Below, piece by piece: positions 49,964-61,900 of a stretch of DNA of 64,000 bases. Within the stretch, counting starts at the first letter, position 1; every line of letters begins with the position of its first letter. The stretch is taken from assembly GCA_001599295.1 (NCBI GenBank), contig BCGN01000002.1, positions 1,240,001 through 1,304,000 of the forward strand. The letters run 5' to 3'. The notes beneath the pieces were generated by a model. That model did not search any database and was not told the DNA's origin. It saw nothing but the letters and a program-made list of their open reading frames with translations. A program made the position numbers and the translations under genes. This DNA is from Sporopachydermia quercuum (lineage: Eukaryota).

Positions 49964-51280
49964 ATGTTATCAAGAATGATAGGGAGATCAAGTGGGAAAC
50001 ACCTACGGAGTATATTGTATTTGCATCAACAACATCAATGCTATTCAACAGCTAATATTTATGCATTATTTTCATCTCAACTTCCGCAGGTGTTTAATTT
50101 TCGATCTTCAAGTGTTCAACGTGAACAAGAAAAGTTAGCTAAGAAGAAAGAGGCGAATGAACTTCGTAAAGCTGAACGAGCATCAGCAATAGCAACTGCT
50201 GCTGCTTCAAATCTACCATTTCCTTATCCTGATTCCAATATCTGGAAATGGATTCCTAATAAGGGCAAGCATGAATCATTGAAATCTGTAGATAGTAGAG
50301 CGGAACTTCATTTCACTTGTGCTACTGCTGTGCATTGTTATCATTATAACAAGAAGCAACAAGGAGAGCTTGATTTAGAGGAGTCAGGTGTAGTCCCTAC
50401 TTCGGGATCGAATTCTTGTTCTTTGATATCAAATGGCGATGATGCCATCTATACATCAAGTAATCTAATAGGAATTGCTGATGGAGTTACTGCTTGGATT
50501 AATAAAAAAAATGGTAATGCTGCTCATTGGGCGAGACTGTTCCTGAGTAGAGCTGCTGCATATATCAATAACGATCGCGATGTGCATCCAATGAATGCTT
50601 CAAGCGATTTACAAGGACTCATGCTGTCCTTCGACCTTGCATCTAAAGATTCAATCACTGAAATGGAGAAGAAACAATTGCAAGGATCTTCCACTGCCGT
50701 TTTCGCTAATTTGGTGAAGAATAATTATCTCCAAATCGGAAGTATAGGCGATTCTAGGTTATTTATATTCAGGAAGAAAAAGGAAATAGAGTTTCCATAT
50801 GATTTGGGTGAAACGGAAGAGAGAATTGATTTGCATGATAGCTCCGAGATTGCGGATGCGCTCTCAACATCTTCTGGTAGTGCGTCGTATGAGCTGATTT
50901 ACCATAATATCGAGCAATACTCCGATGCTAATCAAACATGTCCTGTACAAATTGGCACCAACTTGACTGATTCTCCTTCGAACATTGGTAATTTCTCGCT
51001 ATTCAAAGTTGAGAAGAATGATGTTTTGTTGTTGTGTTCCGATGGATTATCGGACAATTTATGGCCTGTTGAAATCACAGAGATCATAAATTCGTACATT
51101 GAAAAAGGTGTCCAAGCTGTAGCAAAGAAGCTTTTGTATGAGACAGAACAAGTAATATATGATGAGTTTGCTTATACCCCCTATTATTATAAGATGGATA
51201 ATCTTGAGAAGCAGAAAGGCCGTATGATGACAGGTGGAAAGGTTGATGATGTTAGTATATGTGTTGCTCAGTTGGTGTGA
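49964..51280 (+). CDS. PP2C phosphatase of the Ptc7/Azr1 family (possibly the Ptc8-like paralog), mitochondrial presequence
   Basis: GDDA, GIADGV..W, GSSTA, IGDS, DGLSDNL, GGKVDD, with an Arg/Ser-rich N-terminus. Confidence 0.85.
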   Translation: MLSRMIGRSSGKHLRSILYLHQQHQCYSTANIYALFSSQLPQVFNFRSSSVQREQEKLAKKKEANELRKAERASAIATAAASNLPFPYPDSNIWKWIPNKGKHESLKSVDSRAELHFTCATAVHCYHYNKKQQGELDLEESGVVPTSGSNSCSLISNGDDAIYTSSNLIGIADGVTAWINKKNGNAAHWARLFLSRAAAYINNDRDVHPMNASSDLQGLMLSFDLASKDSITEMEKKQLQGSSTAVFANLVKNNYLQIGSIGDSRLFIFRKKKEIEFPYDLGETEERIDLHDSSEIADALSTSSGSASYELIYHNIEQYSDANQTCPVQIGTNLTDSPSNIGNFSLFKVEKNDVLLLCSDGLSDNLWPVEITEIINSYIEKGVQAVAKKLLYETEQVIYDEFAYTPYYYKMDNLEKQKGRMMTGGKVDDVSICVAQLV

Positions 51281-52945
51281 TGGAGCGGGACAAGATGCAT
51301 TAATAAACATTGGGAAAAATCGGAGAGCATTGGTGTGTTTGAGTATATTCTGCTTGAGATAAGATAAGAAAGTTGTTTCAGCGGGGAATTTGATAGTGGA
51401 TATCGTGAAGAATGTGACATGTTTAAATTGCTCCATGAATAACCAGTTAATGACAAGTTGATAGATTGTACTATCGGCAAATGAACAGGTGGTACACATC
51501 GTTTTGTCTATATATGTACTGATCGTCCTCAGTTGACATGTTAACTCAGCAATAACATTTCCTCGTCGCGTTTCTACTTTTATAGAAAAACAATATTTGC
51601 AATGGATGCTGGCTGGTGGATCTTGGTTCGGAGTAAACTATTTGGCGAAGGTAGGTTTAATATAGATAATAAAGGTTTAATATGGTAAGGAGTATGCAAT
51701 GTAGTAGTGTAAAGCAATATGCCCCGCAACCGACTTAGACTTCAAGGTTATCCCAAGACTGCTTGAAACATTCCAGAATGATGTTAGGATTTCATCTTGT
51801 GCTTGCTTCTCTCTAACTGGTTCCTTTTACATAATTGACTGAAGTATTAAGTTGATTTAAATACTATTTCCATCGTTCTTTGAGGCTGTTAGTGCCATGA
51901 TGATTCTTCTCAAATTAGCACAACTCTATCCTATTGTACATAGACTGATATCTTTCGCGAGTGAATTTCTCGTGGATCACTAACTCCCGTGCGCTATATA
52001 TCTGTCACTTGAGCCAATATATTATAAGAATTTACAGATGAACCATCAATAATAGAGGTTTGGTGAGTAACCAATACTACTATAGTGTTTACTTCCAGTT
52101 GAAACATAAAGGATCTCTGTGTACATAGTAGATATGTTGTACAATTACATTAGAATCACAGTTGCAATAAGAGTAGTTGCTTAAAATTGCCCGAACTCAA
52201 TACAATCAATCAAATTTTTACAATTAAATTTATAACTGTCCAGAACTAGTTGCCATTTTTTTTTTCGACATAGAAAACTACGCAAATCAATATATTCAAG
52301 TGTAACTACTAGTTATTTGACATTAGTACTTCCTACTATTAGTACCATTTGTATAATCAAATGATTAAAGTACTAGATATTTTCCAATGTTTCTTTGAAA
52401 GCCAAAATACTTAAAAATCTGTGCAAGTCTTTTTATCTTGTCTGTCTATCTATCCCTGAAATGGCTTACTTTTCCTAGCCTATTTGATCGCTCGTTGATT
52501 ATATGTTTGAAGAGTAGTAATTGTTGTATTATTATCATAACACAACTTATGCAGGCAAAGGATTTTGGATTCAATAAGCATTGCTGAACTTTCATAGTAC
52601 TTTCTTTTCTCTTGTTTGCTTCATTCCTTCATTCAGTCTTTCTTTCTTTCTTTCTTTCTTTCTTTTTAAGATTCATTTTATCATAAAGCTTCTTATGTCA
52701 GGCTCAGTGATTAAACATCCTACAACAAACCGTGTAAACTCTAATATAAACAATTCATCATTATATACATTAGAGAAGTACGAAAAATTACCAATAATAT
52801 ATGCAAGGTATAAAAGAAAATATGCAAAGTATGCAAAGTATGCAAATGCTTAACTAAAACAAAAACAACATCAAAGCATCGGAAACAGAATATTCGCAGA
52901 TAAACGCAATAATGTATTCGGATACTTTCTTACCACTCACTAGCC

Positions 52946-55900
52946 TTAAACAGCAGCAGTCTCTGTAAAAAACTGTCGTAAGACCAATGATAAAACGTTA
53001 GGCAATTCACCAACATCCTTAACGATAACATAGAAATCAAAGGGAAAGGTATCCAAATACTTATCAATCTTTAGGGCTTGACTACCGTCGTCTCTAGTCA
53101 AATAGCGAACTTGTGACATTTCGGTGATTGATTCTCTAGATCCAATTCCGTCAATGATTATAAATATCACCATTATCTTCTCCTCTCTTGCTTTTCTCAC
53201 TAACCGCAAAAGCTGTTCGTGGTCTTCACAAAAGCCGTCGGAAAGAATTATTTGCAATTGCCACAATTCAGTACCCGAGGAAGACATATTATTCTTGGCA
53301 TCGGAAAACAAAGACACGGTTTTTTCCATGAGGTTGTTAAGATTTGTTTCCGGTTGAGTGAATGTCAGATTTCGAAGGATATTAGCTCCGTTTTCGGCAT
53401 TAACTGCTTCGGAGAACGGAATGAGTTGGTTTACATCTTTTCCAAACTTCACCACACTAATCAAACCTGCTTCTAATTGTTTCAAAGCATTAGCCACTAG
53501 CGCAACACTATCATAGGTCAAAGCCACATTTCTGGCCTCAGCCATGGATTTCGAATCGTCAATAGCAAGCATAATTTGATACTCTCGCTTACTAGGTCTA
53601 GTTCGGCGAAGCCAAATCTTATCCTTTCTATATTGAGAAGCAATATAAGGGATAATTCGCTTGAGATTGAGACGTTTACCTGTTTTATAATCACCCCTGA
53701 GTTTATTAGTTAAGGTTGGTTCTAAGATGAGACGCAGTTGCTCACAAAGTTGAGTGGAGAGTTCATTCGTTCGCCAGGAGCATTTTTGCCATAATTGATG
53801 GCTTTTCTCTACTGATTCAATTTGCATTTTGAGCTTCAAAGCTGCGTCTTCAGCACTTTCCTCACCCGAATTAGCCAGCTCAGAGTTCTCCTCTGCTTCC
53901 GAATCAGAATCAATATTAGGCTCGTCAAGTTCGACATCAGANTCCTCATTTTCAGATTTGATTTTCACTTCGACATCTGTATCAATGTCAGCATTAGGAT
54001 TTGCCGTTTCGGCTTCCTTTTCGACAGAATCGAGGTCTTTTTCATTGAGGCGAGGTCCGATTATTCCTCCTTGATCTTGTCCATCTTCGCTTACATCTTC
54101 TTCTTTGTTTTCTTTTGCTGCAGCTTCCAATTCCATTTCGGCATCTATGTCAATTTCTGTTTGTTTTAATGCTTCTAAATCGTCCATCAAACTGTCTTCT
54201 CCCGCTTCATTTTCTGTCTCGGGTTTGTCTTCCATTATTTCCTTAGACTCATCCATTTCTTGATGGAAATCTTTCTCAGCATCACCTAAAGCCTGAGTCT
54301 CTGCATCTTCTGTTCCGTCTACATGCTCAAACGCATCGGGCTTAACTCCAGCATCCTCCATTTCTTGGTCATCTTCACCATTACTTGGCTCCATAATTTC
54401 CTGTTGTCGATTGTAAAACTCTTTCAAGGCATCTCCTAACTGTCGTAACGATTTCTCTACTTCCTCTCTAGCAGGATCTTGCATAGTTTCCGGCTTCTCA
54501 GAAGCCTGTTCGGAGGCATCCGGAACGGACCCAGTNTTGGATTCATCTGATCTTTCTTCATTAGCGCTATGTTGAGTCCCGGTGCCTTCTACTCCACTTT
54601 CTTGATCTTTAGCTTTTGCTTTCGATGTCTCCTCGGAATTTTCCTCGGAATCCTCATGAGAATTCTCATCAATTCCAGTTGAAGCATCCGCTGCAGCAGG
54701 TACTGCTTCCGTTTCCTCTTCATCTTGTTCCATAGGATCCTCGTTTGTTTCTGTATCTTCTGGTACCATTTCCGTATTTTCTGCATTTTCTGGGTTTTCT
54801 TCCGGTCCATCATTTACATCTTCTTTCTCATTGCTTTCGTCATTCTCTCCAGTTTGTTCTTCTTCTTTTTCCGCTTCTGTTTTAGCATCGTCTTCTTCCT
54901 TATCTTGATCATCAACCGTTTCACCTTCTTCTTTTTCTTCCGATATATCCTCCGCTTTTCCTTCATTCTCTTCATCTTCGTCCATCATGTCCGCATCTTT
55001 CATTCCCGGTATTTCTTCCGGTTCTTCTATGTCTTCTCCTTCGTCATCTCCTTCTTTTTCTTCCGCATCACCATCTAAATTCAGATCTTCTGGTAAATCT
55101 AATTTCTCACTTTCGGGAACATTCTGTTCCATCTCCTCCTTCTCTTCATTTTGTACTTTATCTTCTTGTACACCAACATCTTCCTCTTCTTCAGCTTCCG
55201 CATCAGATATTTCTTCTTGTTTATCTTCACTCTTATCATCATCTCCGTTTTCCTTCTTTTTATCATCCTCTCCGTTTTCGCCTTCATCCTCTTCGTCTGG
55301 TCTAGCCTCTAAGTCATCTTGCATTCTATCGTTTTTCATGTCATCTCCACTTTTTTCCTTCAAATTATCTTCAGCTTCTTCGTCCCAAAGCTTCTCATCT
55401 ACTGCATTAGGATCCAAATCGTTCAAATCATCAATCTCTTCATCTAAATCTTCCGCGTCTTTCTCTTCATCTTCTCTGTCTTTATCCTCATCTTCTTTAT
55501 TTTCAGCATCTGACATGTTTTCCGTTTTACCTGCCATGTCACCTTCAATTTCAACAGCATCATCCTCCTCTTCTTCATTTTGATCTTTATCTTTCTCTTC
55601 CTTATTAGTTTCTTCCGCATATTCACTAAGATCTTCATCATCTCCGACATCTTTACTATTATTAGTTTCTCCATCTCCATCTCCGAGTCCAGTACCTTCG
55701 GTAGCATTTTCGGCTTCTTTCTCATCGGCGGGTGGTTCTGGTGAGCAGAAGCCCTTTTCAGCAAGGTTTAATAAACATCTTCCTAGTAGATATGCCGATT
55801 TACTAGTACTCTTATACTGCAAACATCTTTTGCGGAAAACAACGGAAACTAATTTCCGATATTTGGCTAAAAGCGGAGCAACAAATTTGAATAATAACGC

Positions 55901-58900
55901 CGCAGCCTGACAACTTCCTGGGTCACCTGACAACTTCTTAATAACGCCGATACTGTCTTCGATTAGCATATTGATTTGTTCATTATGCAAACATTTCTCT
56001 AATGAGAATAAGTGTTGTTCAGAAATGATGACCCAAGAATCAATTTCGGAAGAGATATCGGTTTTAATAGCATCTCGGATTTGTTGGAATACAACTAAAA
56101 TAGAGTTTGACAGCTTAGTTAAGGTTTCGTTCAATATTTCCGGTATTTCGGCTTCTCGTTCTGATCTGGATTGTTCTGAGATCAGACTAAATCCTAACCG
56201 GAGTTTTTCGGAAGCTAGAACCGGGTTTTGTTCCAATTCTGGTAACACCTTATTAATCCAAGCAATAATAGAGTTCCCAATGTATCCGGAAACCAACGCT
56301 GATCTCATTTTAGAAATAAATCCTATCACACTACGGAAATAATCAATATCTTCGTCGGTGATAATTTCAGATTGCAGTAGAATATTGGCTGATTTCAACT
56401 TAATTAAGTAGTCATTCGCCTGGTGTTTAAACTGACTGATTGACGATTTCAATTCCGAGTTTACTTTACCGAAATTACCACTTTCAGCTATTGTATCTTC
56501 CGCTAACTGTAACACATTCGGTAACCAAACAATCACATGCTTCAGTCTTGAAACTAAATCTAAATCGGGAACTCTGCCGAACCCTTGTTCGGAGTTCTCG
56601 CTTAGTTTTCCAATTTGAGCTAAATTGCTATCAAGCCGAGAAATCCCATGATAGATACCGCAAACCGAAATTCGGCTTTTAATCAACAAATGCACTAAAT
56701 GTTCGGCACTAGCCATACCTCTTTGTACATCGGTTGTAGGGACATCTTCGGAAGAGTTTATAACTGAGGAACGCAATCTCGGAATAAACTCCAATAGGCG
56801 TAAGAAGTAGCTATCAATATCCGAACTTAAATTCTGAGGGAAAGCCTTCATTATTCCGAGAATTTCCGAAACAGAGCTTTGTTCAGCCATTATTTCAGAG
56901 ACGAGTCGAGATTTCAGCCCAATTCGGTACAGTTCTTTCAAAGTTTCGCTTAAAAACAATCGTTTTTGCGTCTTCAAATTAGCTATAACTTTCTTCTCTT
57001 CCTTTTTGTACACTTTCGGAGTCTCATTCCGAAGCATTTCCATTTGTGTAATCACGTCGGAAGTTAAATCCATCAAATTCGGGAGTTCTTGGAGTTCTAG
57101 TTCACTAATAAACTTATTCATATTAATAATAATAATCTTAGGGTTCCGAAGTCTTCCTGGTTTTTCCGACCATGATTTAACACATTGAGACAAAATAGGC
57201 TCAATCTCCGAAACCTCACGAATGGTTTCCACTTCATCGGAATAATTCTCTAATGCGGAGCTAGCAATATCCCCCGAGACAGCCTCCATTATATCTCCGT
57301 CTTCTGAATTAAAAACCTTATCCAAAGTGGCTTCCGAAAGTCCTGCTTCGATAATACCTGTTACGGAAGCGGTAAGGACAGCTCGGTATTTCCGGGCAAC
57401 TTTAAATAATTTGTGATGTGATCTCCGAGCGCTTTCTTTTAAAGCTTCCATATTGACGTCTTTCCAACTTGCCAATAGCACGACTTCCCGAACATCATTT
57501 TCCAATTTCCGTTTATTCCGTAAAATCTCAGCGTCAATTTTAGGTTCAAATTGCCGGTAGAAGTGTATAACGTTATTTAAAGTTTGCGTCAATGGAAACG
57601 CCGATCCGGCTTCCTCCGCAATTAAGGCCAAATGGCGGGAAAAGGCAGATAGCAGTTGTAATCGGGGACCAAATTCTCCCACTGTGCTCTCGGAAAGAAA
57701 CACCGTTAATGCTTTGACTACCGAGGTTTTGATATCCATTCCTATATCTTCTCCGGCGTCGTTGCCACCATTATCTCCACAGTTTTCCTTATCAATTCCA
57801 TTGGCAACTAAAACTTCAAACAAATGGAAGAACCATTGTCCCGATTTCTTCCTGCACTCTTCCTCCTCGGATGAGAAAAGGTTCGGCCAAACTGACAGTT
57901 CGAGCTTCCGCCATCTGATAATCAAATCACTTAATCCGGCAAATACTCCCGCTAAGGAAACGGTTTTACTAGCGTATTTTTGCCATTCCCCAACAAAGGT
58001 ATATATCTGCTGAACCTTATGTAAAAGCCGAGCAACTGGATGTTCCGCTTGAAGGGTCAAAAACTCCCGGCAAGCTAATTCAATGTTCTGCAACGTAGCA
58101 TGTTCCGGCCATTGTTCTCGAAGAGGGATAATAGCTACTAAAGTTTGCTCTATAATTTCGATAGAGTAATTAAGTTCAGCGGGGTTAGAATCTCGGTAAA
58201 AATTAAGAGTAGGATGTTCGGAGGAAGAATTAAGTTCCGAACTATCAGCGAATATGCTAATATATTTCCCAATAGTGTTAGTAATACCAACAATGATGGA
58301 AGAGGAGACCTCTTGTAAGTAATTCTTCCCGAACAGCGATCCCGAAACCTTGTTTCTAGAATTATATTCATTCCATTCCACAGCTAAATCGGAGCCTTGT
58401 TTAACAATATCGGAAAGTTTAGGAACGGAATAAGAATCATTAAGCATTCCATAAATATATGCTTTGGCAATCTGAAAGTTGATTTCCATTTCTTCTGATT
58501 CTTTTCCTTTACCATGAGTAATTATATTTCCATTGTTCTCTCCGGTTTCTTCCTCTTCAAAGTCAGGGAACATCCTCCGTAGTTCTGCCTCTTCTTCCGA
58601 TTGCTCCGAAAACGAGAATTTGTACATTTCACCTTCAAGTCGAGCAACTTCATCCTTCCGAGCTTTTCGGATACTCCATCTTGAATATAGTAACCTTAAA
58701 CAGTGTAATAAATCATTGGAATCCGAATAACTAGGATCTTTATTCGATCTCAATAGTAGAACACTAAGGCCGAAGATTCCGAGCTTTTCCGGTAATAATG
58801 ACTCAACAGAAATTTTCCGACAGGATCGGAAGATTTCGTTGCAAAGCTCCGATGTTTCGGGATAATGAATAACTTTGTGGAAATCAGATAAATGAATTGG

Positions 58901-61900
58901 TGAGAAAGCAATAGCAGTTTCCGATAATTCTGAGTTTCGGGACCTCTCTGAAAGAAGTAATAAATCTAAACCGAATTTAACAGAAGAGATGTAAACAGTT
59001 ATCAAGTCGATAACATCCGATAGTCTCCGGAATTTGGTGTTTACCCTGTTCAAGAAACTTGAAGCATTAATCTGAATTGTTTCCGTTCTCTCGATTATGT
59101 CCGATTTGTGTGACTCTGCTAATTCTACTATCTCCGAAATGTTTGATACGGAAATCGTTGAATGAAGAACTGCCGACAACTCTCGGAACATATCGGAGTA
59201 TGAGCTATTAGCACTGCTGGTATCATTTCCGAAACTTCCTCTGAACACAGCTTCACTATTACCTAATTTCAATGATCTCCGGTCTGAAACAAAATTATTG
59301 GCTATTAATTCTTCCGCTGGAATCATTCTAGAGCCAAATTTAACTTTGCGGATCTCCCGCCATGCTCTTTCGATATCTTCCGTCAATTGCTTTTGTCCAT
59401 TATAGAAATCAATCAGCACGTGATCAAACACAGCGGGGTCGGAACATGTTTTCGGTACGAAAAGCTTTAATAAACCTAATCCGTATAACACAAACGCTTT
59501 ACCTACATTTCCTAATCTTTCCCATCTGTTTGAATCAATCCTGTCCTTCCGTTTAACTAGTAATAAAGCCGGGATTAATAGCTCTTTGCAAACATCAATG
59601 AATTCATCATCTTCTCCGTTATTGGTGATGATCTGAATTAACTCTTCCGCCTTATTTCCATCCATTGTTTCCGCTACTCTCCTCATTGTCTCCGCTAGAT
59701 CAGCATCATCTTTTCCGGTTGCTGAATTAACTACAAATATATCAATAAGCTTTTCAACAATAATATCGGAAAACTTATCAATCATATTTGCCGAGATGTT
59801 TTCTGAACTCTCGGATATACTAAAACCTAATTGCCGAATGTCTTGAACACTTTGAGCCACAAACTCTCCAGGCATTGCTGACATTGATTGCAGACTTCGG
59901 AACAAATCCATCACGGCTTTTCCTGTGAATAACTCTTCAGTATAGGAAGAATAAGATTCGTCGGATAATTTCCACATTGAGGCAAAAGTTCCAAAGTCAC
60001 CCGTGGCGAATATACCCTTTTCGGTTGCATCTTCCGCGTACAGTTTCAGTACTTCCGTATTATTGCCGATATTCCCAGTTAATTCTGACATTCTAAGCAC
60101 AAATTGAAAACTGCCTACAAATCTGTTCATTCGGGGAATGAGAAACTTGTTTGTGGCATTTTCTAATGGAATTAACGCTTCGGAAATTCCCGTGATTATC
60201 GGAACGATCTCCGAAATAGTCTTGTCATTTCCGTTTTCCTTCACAGCTAAACCACATCCAATAAGGGTTGAACGAATTGTTAGTAATGTCGGAAACGATG
60301 CCGGGAATTGCCTCCTAGATAGGTCATCTAGGCGGGCCGAAAGCGTAACTATAGTTTCTAAAGTTTCCCAACCCGATAAGGTTTTCGGATAGTTTCCTTT
60401 ATAGGCATTCCAGATTCTCATCATTGAATTAGCCGAGGTCAAACCTAGATCTTTACTGAAGGAAGAATATATAGCGGAGATATTTTGAGCGAATTGAGTA
60501 ATTTCCAATGAATTCTCGGATGTACTTCCCTTTGTAGTAAACCCTCGGCAAAATTCAGATATCAACGCATCATATACATGTAACCCAGGAACAGCCGTTC
60601 CGAGCTTTCCCTCACAATGTGATAATAAACTTTCCCATATTGATAGTAGGCTGTATAGACATCGTATGATTAGTTCATTTTGGAGAATCGAACCTTCTTT
60701 TAAGGTTGTCCGGAAAAACTCGGTTGCTGTGGTCAATAATTTGCCTAATAATTCAAACACGGGAATTCTCGGAGCATTTTTCAGTGGTCTTAGTGAATAA
60801 ACTGCGGCTGACAATTGAATTAGATTCATTGTTTCCGGTTTCAAATCCTGACATTGCGATAAAATCTCTGCTAAGTTTTCCGAACCTCGGATTAATTGAT
60901 ACACTACATGTATCAATACATGTAATACACCGGACCCAAATAACGGAAACGATGATCCATTTAATTCTGAGGATAATCCGGAAATGATGTATTCATTGAT
61001 AAGAGGGTTAATACACTCGTTATTAACATCTATTCCCGTTTTCTCGACGACTGTTCCGATATTTGAAATTAAATTTTGGCTTAATTCTACCCAAAGCGGA
61101 TTTTTGCTCAATTGGTAAATTTCTTTAACCCGAGTTGCCTCCTTTGGTAATAACGCCAAGCTTGAAATTACCCAATCCAACCGATTCATAACCTTACTTG
61201 GTAGATTCTCTAATAACACATGTCCTCCAACTTCCGATAGTTCCCGTAAATCCGCATCGGAAATAACGGAGCCAGCACTTGCCTCCGATTCCGAAACATC
61301 GATAAAACTTGCCGAACATCGGTTATTCAATACTATTGAGTCAAACTCGGAAACCCTTCCGGGTAGCTCCGAAATGAATATTTCCACTCCTCTGTTTCTC
61401 ATTGCGCGGGATAATTCGCCGTATTTGGCATCGACGGTTAAGAACAACCTAAAATCCGGATGAGGAATCACCTCCCGAGGAGATCCGTCTGAGTTACTGC
61501 ATTCGTTCACCATTAAGGTTCCGTTTGGTTCTAAAAGGGAATTTAGCCGATCTAATACGGAAGCACTGCATAGATTAGCGTTTTCCAACACAAGCCAGTT
61601 CCCGGTTTCTACAGCTTTCAGCAAGATTCCATCAAACCATTCGAACTTAATTTCTGGTTTAGTGGATCTCGGCTCAGTGAAATTTCCTAGTTCGGTTAGA
61701 AGATCTCCTAAATGAGGAAACTTGTCGCTTAAACTAGCATATTTAGTAATAAACTCGGCAACTTGAACTCTATCCACACTAGCCACCGAGCGCACAAACT
61801 TAATCGCCCGGAGTAAATCCAAATTAGACTCAATCAGTCCCATTTTTGTGTAATTCTCAGTAAATGTTTCCCGTAGTTTCTCCCATAATTCATGCATTAA

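Noticed and set aside
51897..51950. ATGATGA..CTGA possible C/D snoRNA downstream of MDN1 (where snR79 lies in S. cerevisiae)
   Set aside because: Very short, no terminal stem, and no recognisable rRNA-antisense guide.
52638..52848. (TTTC)n and TATGCAAAG micro-repeats and the 90-aa ORF they generate
   Set aside because: Ordinary low-complexity sequence downstream of MDN1.
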